Shown here: piece after piece, positions 58,654 through 64,000 of the stretch
Layout: each line of letters starts with the position of its first letter
Numbering within the stretch: position 1 is the stretch's first letter
Source: Planctomycetia bacterium
Lineage (GTDB): Bacteria; Planctomycetota; Planctomycetia; Pirellulales; UBA1268
DNA: 64,000 bases
Direction of reading: 5' to 3'
NCBI GenBank assembly: GCA_021414115.1
Contig: JAIOPD010000004.1
Span: 4,982-68,981 of the forward strand
Position numbers and translations under genes: made by a program
The notes under the pieces: model-generated
The model's database searches: none
Told to the model about the DNA's origin: nothing
What the model saw: only the letters and a program-made list of their open reading frames with translations

Positions 58654-60417
58654 TCACGGCGGCTCAAGCGACGATCGGGCAGCCCCTTCGGTCGATCCGC
58701 GGCCGGCACGCCGCCGCCCCGAAACGAGGGATTCGGCCGCTGCGGCCGCCATGATCGCCACACACAGCCCAATCGGCAGGGTTCCCACCACCAGCCATGG
58801 GCTCGTGCGGCCGTCGGGGCGGACGGTCACCCGGAGGGTCGCCGTGGCCCGGCGGGGCCCCCGGGCGAGCAGGCGGCCTGAGCCGTCGATGGAGGCGGAA
58901 AAGCCCGTGTTTGCCGCCACCACGACGGGCGTGCGGACCTCGACGGCCCGGAACACGGCCGCGACGAGGTGCATGTCGAGCTCGCTCGATCCCCAGAACC
59001 AGCCGTCGTTGGTCAGGTTGACGATCACGTCGGGACGCCGGCCCGCGGCGGCAAGACCGCGGACGAGTGAACGGAATGCCCCGGGGAGGGCGGTCTCGTA
59101 ACAGATCGTCGGCGCGACCGCGAAGCCGGCGACATCGACCACGACCGGCGCCTTCCCCGGGGTGAGACCGCCGGGAAGGGGCGTGAGCCGGTAGAGCACC
59201 GGGAACCGGTCGGCCAGCGGCACATACTCGCCGAACATCACGGGATGCATCTTGTCGTAGCACGCGAGGGCGACGCCCTGCGGGTCGAGAAAGACCGCGG
59301 CATTGAAGTTCTCGACGCCCGCGGGCACATGCGGTGTGACCACCTGCCGGTCGAGGCCGACGAGCCAGCAGGTGCTGTAACGCTTCGCGTAGACAGCCAG
59401 CGCGGCGAGTCGCTGCTGGCCGAGCATCGTACGGCAGCGGGCCTGCCGTTCCGCGCGGGCTGCTCCGTCGATGCCGGCCGGCTCGAGGCCGAGCATCTGC
59501 TCCACGACCGCGTCGTCGAGCGGCTCGTCGGGATGAATCTCGAGCAGACCCCACCGCCACATCGTCTCCGGCCAGACGATGAGGTCCGGCCGGCCCGCAT
59601 GCTCCGGCGTCGCCAGCGCCTCGATCGTGAGATCGTCGTAGTGGCGGGCCACGTCGGCCGCCGCATCGGGATCGTGTTTGAGCTCGGTATCGATCGAGCC
59701 CTGCACCAAGAGCACGTCGAGCTGCTTGTCCGTCGCGGCAGGCTCACTCGCGATCCGCCAGGAGCCGTAGCCGAGGGCCAACGCGAGCAGGCCCGCCGCG
59801 ACGGCCAGGTCGCCGATCGCCCCCCGAACACCGCGACGGATCACCGTCGCGAGCGCCGCCGCCACCGCCATCACGATCCCGCCGAGGCCGACGGCCCCGA
59901 GGGTGTCGGCGATCTGGAGGAGTGTGGTCCACCGCCACTGCGTGTGGCCGAGCATGGCGAACGTGAAGCCACCCAGGACCCAGCCCCGCAGCTGTTCGCA
60001 CGCCATCCACGCCACGGCGGCCGCCGGCACCAGCGGCCACCGCCAACGGTGAACGAGTCGCCGTGCCGTCCAGAGGAAGAGCGGCAGATAGACCGCGAGG
60101 TAGGCGGAGAGCGCCACCCAGCCGATCGACGTCGCGGGATGGGGCAGCCTGAGCCAGTGGATCGCGAGCAGCCAATAGAGAAGGCCGCTGGCCCAGAGAG
60201 CCCGCCACGGATGACGTCCTGGAAGCCGGTCGTCCTGCACGACCGCGAGCCAGGGCAGCGGCGCGAGCCAGGCGAACAGCCAGAGGTCGGCGGGGGGCTG
60301 CACGAGAAACATCGCGATCGCGCCCGAGATCGCCCGCAACCAGAGCCGCCGGCTGCCCGCCGCCACGGTCGCCGCGTCGTCGCCGGTCGGCGCCTCGTTG
60401 CGTGCGGCCTGGCTCAC
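58654..60417 (-). CDS. lnt: Apolipoprotein N-acyltransferase
   Basis: Multi-TM N-terminus, LVQGSI, catalytic WPE / YDKMHPVMFGE / ICYE, NLTNDGWF, RAVE.R, ANTGFS. GTG start overlaps the upstream stop. Confidence 0.93.
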   Translation of the reverse strand: MSQAARNEAPTGDDAATVAAGSRRLWLRAISGAIAMFLVQPPADLWLFAWLAPLPWLAVVQDDRLPGRHPWRALWASGLLYWLLAIHWLRLPHPATSIGWVALSAYLAVYLPLFLWTARRLVHRWRWPLVPAAAVAWMACEQLRGWVLGGFTFAMLGHTQWRWTTLLQIADTLGAVGLGGIVMAVAAALATVIRRGVRGAIGDLAVAAGLLALALGYGSWRIASEPAATDKQLDVLLVQGSIDTELKHDPDAAADVARHYDDLTIEALATPEHAGRPDLIVWPETMWRWGLLEIHPDEPLDDAVVEQMLGLEPAGIDGAARAERQARCRTMLGQQRLAALAVYAKRYSTCWLVGLDRQVVTPHVPAGVENFNAAVFLDPQGVALACYDKMHPVMFGEYVPLADRFPVLYRLTPLPGGLTPGKAPVVVDVAGFAVAPTICYETALPGAFRSLVRGLAAAGRRPDVIVNLTNDGWFWGSSELDMHLVAAVFRAVEVRTPVVVAANTGFSASIDGSGRLLARGPRRATATLRVTVRPDGRTSPWLVVGTLPIGLCVAIMAAAAAESLVSGRRRAGRGSTEGAARSSLEPP

Positions 60418-60677
60418 TCGTCCACCTCGAACTCCGCGATCGCCGCCCCGGCCGTGACGGCGTCGTCCTCGTCGGCGAACTGCGCGACGAGCCGCCCCGA
60501 GACGGGGGACTCGAGGTCGATCGTGGCGGCGCCGGCCACGAGTTCGACCACGCGGTCGCCCGCGAGGACCGTCGCCCCCGCAGGAACCAGCCACAGCGAC
60601 ACGGCCAGCGGCGCGCCGCCGAGCCCGAGATCGGGAACCAGCAGCCGTGCGCGCCGCCGCGGAAGAGGAGGAGTCAT
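60414..60677 (-). CDS. Stand-alone biotinyl/lipoyl-like domain protein lacking the acceptor lysine
   Basis: VPDLG..VSLWLV..G..V..GDRVVELVAGAATIDLESPVSGRL......D.V..G follows the lipoyl-domain pattern. Confidence 0.75.
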   Translation of the reverse strand: MTPPLPRRRARLLVPDLGLGGAPLAVSLWLVPAGATVLAGDRVVELVAGAATIDLESPVSGRLVAQFADEDDAVTAGAAIAEFEVDE

Positions 60678-60682
60678 CGGGG

Positions 60683-61627
60683 TCACCGCTGCCCGCGAAG
60701 CCATTCGAGCACCACGCTCCCCACCACCTCGAGAGACTCGGCCGCGCAGTTCGCGGGGATGTCTTGCGTGGTGTGCCACTGCGGATAGTCGAAGTCGATG
60801 ATGTCGCAGGTGGGGATGCCGCCGATCATTCGTAGCGGCACGTGGTCGTCCTCCACCGCGTATTTGGGTCGGGGAATGAACTGCCTTGCTCCGATCCGGG
60901 CGGCCGTCTCCCAGATCGCATCGACCACCTCGCGGGTGTCGGGCCAGTCGACACTGTGCTGTTCCTGCCAGATCGCCAGGTCGCGGTCGGCGACCATGTC
61001 GACGATCACGCCGCAGCGGTAGGCATGCTCGAGGCGATCGGCGCGGCGGTCGGCTGCGTACTGCCGGGCGAAGTAGTTCGACCCGAGGCAGTACGGATCG
61101 CGGGCCGCGACGACGTATTCTTCCGCGTCGAACAACACGAAGTCGACGCCGACGGGGCCGGGGAGCGTGGGCATCGCGGTGGCCAACTCCATGAGCAGGG
61201 CGACGCCGCTGGCGCCGTCGTTGGCGCCGATGAACCGGCCCTGAGGATCGACGGGATCGCGGTCGGGAAAGGGCCGCGTGTCGTAGTGGGCGCCGATGAG
61301 GATGCGATCGGTACGGTCCGGGTGCCAGGTCACGATCAGGTTCTCGACGTGCACGGGCCTGCCGGTGCGGCGGTCGCGGATTTGAAAAGCCTGGCCGGCA
61401 ACCGTGGCCCCGGCCTTGCGGAAGTGGTCGGCCAGTAGCGTGCGCTGCCGGTCCATCGCCGCCGAACCGCTGGGCCGCGGTCCCAGTTCGCAGATGGCCT
61501 CGAGATGGGCGAAGGCCCGGGCGCCCGAAAACGCCGGCGCGGCCGGGACGTCAGCGACGGCCACACCGGCGGCGACGAGGGCGATCGCCAGCGGGCCGAG
61601 GTGGTGCATGGCGGTCGGTGCAGGCAT
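60683..61627 (-). CDS. M28 family Zn peptidase / glutaminyl cyclase-like, exported
   Basis: Motifs GAHYDTRP, GANDGASG, FDAEE, DMVAD, EDDHVP, WHTTQD. Confidence 0.88.
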   Translation of the reverse strand: MPAPTAMHHLGPLAIALVAAGVAVADVPAAPAFSGARAFAHLEAICELGPRPSGSAAMDRQRTLLADHFRKAGATVAGQAFQIRDRRTGRPVHVENLIVTWHPDRTDRILIGAHYDTRPFPDRDPVDPQGRFIGANDGASGVALLMELATAMPTLPGPVGVDFVLFDAEEYVVAARDPYCLGSNYFARQYAADRRADRLEHAYRCGVIVDMVADRDLAIWQEQHSVDWPDTREVVDAIWETAARIGARQFIPRPKYAVEDDHVPLRMIGGIPTCDIIDFDYPQWHTTQDIPANCAAESLEVVGSVVLEWLRGQR

Positions 61628-61756
61628 GAGGCGGTGGCCCTCGCAGAAAGAAAAAGTCCCTCGGGCAGTCTACCCGTCGGCGGAGCGAGCCAGCCATGGT
61701 GATTCGCGCGCGTGGCGGCTGGGGTGGCACCCACCGAAGCCGGGAATCTTTGCGAC

Positions 61757-62407
61757 TCAGGCGATCAGTTCGAGCTCCGCCCATGTGGTCGGATCGCCTT
61801 CCCAGGGAAACTCAGGCGGGGCGAAGCAGGGCACCTTGCCGAGCCGGCGGTCGACGAGCGCGGCGAAAAACCCGAGCCGCGGGATCTCCGCGGGGTCCCA
61901 GCCGGGCAGGGCAGCGGCGGCGATCGAGGCGTCGATCTGCCAGCCGTCGGCCGAGAGTCTCGACGTCATCATGATCGAGCCCTCGGGGAGTTCCGCCGGC
62001 ACCTCGCTGGTGCGCGGAATCATCGCGGGCACGGCGACGGGCTTGTCGGCGAGCCGTCCGCCACCCGTCGGCAGGAGCGCGAGCCGCCGGCAGTAGCGGC
62101 CGGCGCGGTGGCTCTCACCCGTTGGTCGCGTCGCGATCCAGAGGTGCAGGCCATCGCTGTCTTCCGGCTTGGTGGGATGGCACCACCGCGTCGCGCCGAC
62201 GCCGCGGGCGACGCCCCGCACCGCGAGCCCCTGCAAACTCCACGCCATCCAGAGGTCGAGCACGTCGGGCACGCCCGCCACGTCGGCGAAGGATGGCAGC
62301 CGGCAGGTCTCGTCGAGTCCCCACGACGCGGGCGGCCAGAGCTTTTCCCGGCGCCGGCAGGGGAGCCGGAGCGTGAACAGGGCGGCCGGATTGACGAGGG
62401 GGCACAT
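61757..62407 (-). CDS. Hypothetical protein (CBM9/DOMON-like beta sandwich?)
   Basis: Pattern 'MAW..QGL.V..SDGLHLWI.TR..WQIDASI....L.GWDP..RLGF'. Divergent from glgA. Start uncertain (62407 or 62449). Confidence 0.55.
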   Translation of the reverse strand: MCPLVNPAALFTLRLPCRRREKLWPPASWGLDETCRLPSFADVAGVPDVLDLWMAWSLQGLAVRGVARGVGATRWCHPTKPEDSDGLHLWIATRPTGESHRAGRYCRRLALLPTGGGRLADKPVAVPAMIPRTSEVPAELPEGSIMMTSRLSADGWQIDASIAAAALPGWDPAEIPRLGFFAALVDRRLGKVPCFAPPEFPWEGDPTTWAELELIA

Positions 62408-62520
62408 ACGGTTGGAACTGCAAAACGTGAGGGTTTTGTTCGGCCGCACGGCGTCGGGGCGGTGCCAAACCGTGACCTATAGTATCAGTGCGTGGATGGT
62501 TCCATCGCCGCCCTCCGTGG

Positions 62521-64000
62521 ATGTCGTGCGTGCGCGTGCTCGAAATAGCCAGTGAGGCCGTCCCTTTCGCCAAGACCGGTGGCCTGGCCGACGTCGCGGG
62601 GGCGCTCCCTGAGGCGCTGGCCGGCTTCGGCTGTGATGTGTCGCTGGTGATGCCGGCCTACCGCGAGGTGTTTTCGAAGGGGCTGCCGATCGAGCCGACG
62701 GGCATCGAGTTCGAGGTGCCGATCGGGGCGCGAGCGCGGGCGGCCAAGATCCTCCGCTGCCGCCGTCCTGGCTCGCGGGTCGACGTCTATCTCGTCGCCA
62801 ACGACGAGCTCTTCGACCGGTCCACACTCTACGGCGGCAGTCACGACTACGCCGACAACGCCGAGCGATACATCTTCTTTTCGCGGGCGGCGGTCGAACT
62901 GGCCTGTCGGCTCGGTGGGCGGTGGGACATCCTCCACTGCCACGACTGGCAGACGGGACTCGTGCCGGCCTTCCAAAAGCTGATCTACGGATCGCACGCG
63001 GCCGTCGCCTCGGCACGGACGGTGCTGACGATCCACAACATGGCCTACCAGGGTCTGTTCTGGCACTGGGACATGCTCCTCACCGGCCTCGACTGGCGGT
63101 ATTTCAACTGGCGGCAGATGGAGTTTTACAGTCAGCTCAACCTGCTCAAAACCGGCATCGTGTTTGCCGACGCGATCAGCACGGTCAGCCCGACCTACGC
63201 TCGTGAGATCCAATCGGCGCCGGGTGGCTGCGGCCTCGAGGGCCTACTCTCGTCCCGCGGTGCCGCGCTCACCGGCATCGTCAACGGTATCGACACCACT
63301 GTCTGGGATCCGGCCGCCGATCCGCACGTCCCCAGGCCCTACGGCAGCGACGACGTCGACGTGGGCAAATACGCCGCCCGTGTGTCCCTCGCGGCGCGGC
63401 TGGGCCGCGCGGCGCCCGATTCGCGACCGCTCGTGGCCTTTGTCGGCAGGCTCGTCGAGCAGAAGGGGGTCGAGCTCGTCCTCGAGGTGCTCGGCCGCAT
63501 GGCAGGCGAGGGTCGGGCCCATTTCGTGATTCTCGGTACCGGCAGCGGCGAGTACGAGCGTCTGCTCGAGCGGGCTGCGGCCACGTTCCCCGGCACGGTC
63601 GACCTCATGCTCGGCTTCGACGAGGGGCTCGCCCATCTCGTGCAGGCCGCCGCCGACATCACCCTCGTACCGAGCCGGTTCGAGCCCTGCGGTCTGACGC
63701 AGCTCTACGCGCAGCGTTACGGCTCGATCCCCGTGGTCCGCGCGACCGGCGGCCTTGTGGATACGGTCGTCGACGTCACTCCCGAGACGCTCCGCGACGG
63801 CACGGCGACCGGATTCGTGTTCGAGGGCTTCGATGCGGCGGGGCTCGACTCCGCGCTGAGCCGCGCGATCGAGGCCCATGCCGACAAGCCGCTCTGGAAC
63901 AGGCTCGTGCGGAACGTCATGCGGCAGGATTGGTCGTGGCGGACGAGCGGCCGCGAATACGTGCGGCTCTTCGACCGTGCGCTCGCGAGCCCTGCCACGC
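62521..64000 (+). CDS. glgA: Glycogen synthase, truncated at the window edge and absent from the ORF track
   Basis: My translation: (MSC)[22 protein letters not shown].., [51 protein letters not shown]. Start ATG 62521 or GTG 62530. Confidence 0.95.
   Translation, partial: MSCVRVLEIASEAVPFAKTGGLADVAGALPEALAGFGCDVSLVMPAYREVFSKGLPIEPTGIEFEVPIGARARAAKILRCRRPGSRVDVYLVANDELFDRSTLYGGSHDYADNAERYIFFSRAAVELACRLGGRWDILHCHDWQTGLVPAFQKLIYGSHAAVASARTVLTIHNMAYQGLFWHWDMLLTGLDWRYFNWRQMEFYSQLNLLKTGIVFADAISTVSPTYAREIQSAPGGCGLEGLLSSRGAALTGIVNGIDTTVWDPAADPHVPRPYGSDDVDVGKYAARVSLAARLGRAAPDSRPLVAFVGRLVEQKGVELVLEVLGRMAGEGRAHFVILGTGSGEYERLLERAAATFPGTVDLMLGFDEGLAHLVQAAADITLVPSRFEPCGLTQLYAQRYGSIPVVRATGGLVDTVVDVTPETLRDGTATGFVFEGFDAAGLDSALSRAIEAHADKPLWNRLVRNVMRQDWSWRTSGREYVRLFDRALASPAT

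Overview
High-GC bacterial chromosomal window whose gene content points to a planctomycete: a PSCyt/PSD1 cytochrome-domain + DUF1501 pair, PQQ-type beta-propellers, a BBP7-like beta-barrel and a double-length UvrA. It holds about 40 mostly housekeeping or lineage-typical genes: recC-recB-recD, hflK-hflC, uvrA, tRNA-Ala(CGC), an ECF sigma/anti-sigma pair, pyrE, nfeD-nfeD-floA, an MMPL/HpnN-like transporter, a rhomboid protease, a stand-alone 3'-5' exonuclease, nadA, an alaA-type aminotransferase, an M90 peptidase, lnt, an M28 peptidase and a truncated glgA that is missing from the ORF track. I saw no transposase, integrase, prophage or CRISPR-cas genes. The main unexplained structure is a non-coding REP/REPIN/BIME-like system. 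It has 15 copies of a 26-bp hairpin unit in two subtypes, which pair heterotypically tail-to-tail with a 56-57 bp spacer in all five doublets. A second ~27-bp unit family (7 copies) accompanies it. These clusters occupy 6 of the 7 convergent gene junctions and no other intergenic region. Two copies sit in frame inside uvrA and are translated. Other points of note are a 29-bp tandem duplication that frameshifts recD at its Walker A motif, a candidate leader/attenuator RNA, a bistable hairpin between the tRNA and the ECF sigma gene, a lipoyl-like domain lacking its lysine, and a very basic small protein. All family assignments come from motif recognition by eye; no database searches were run.
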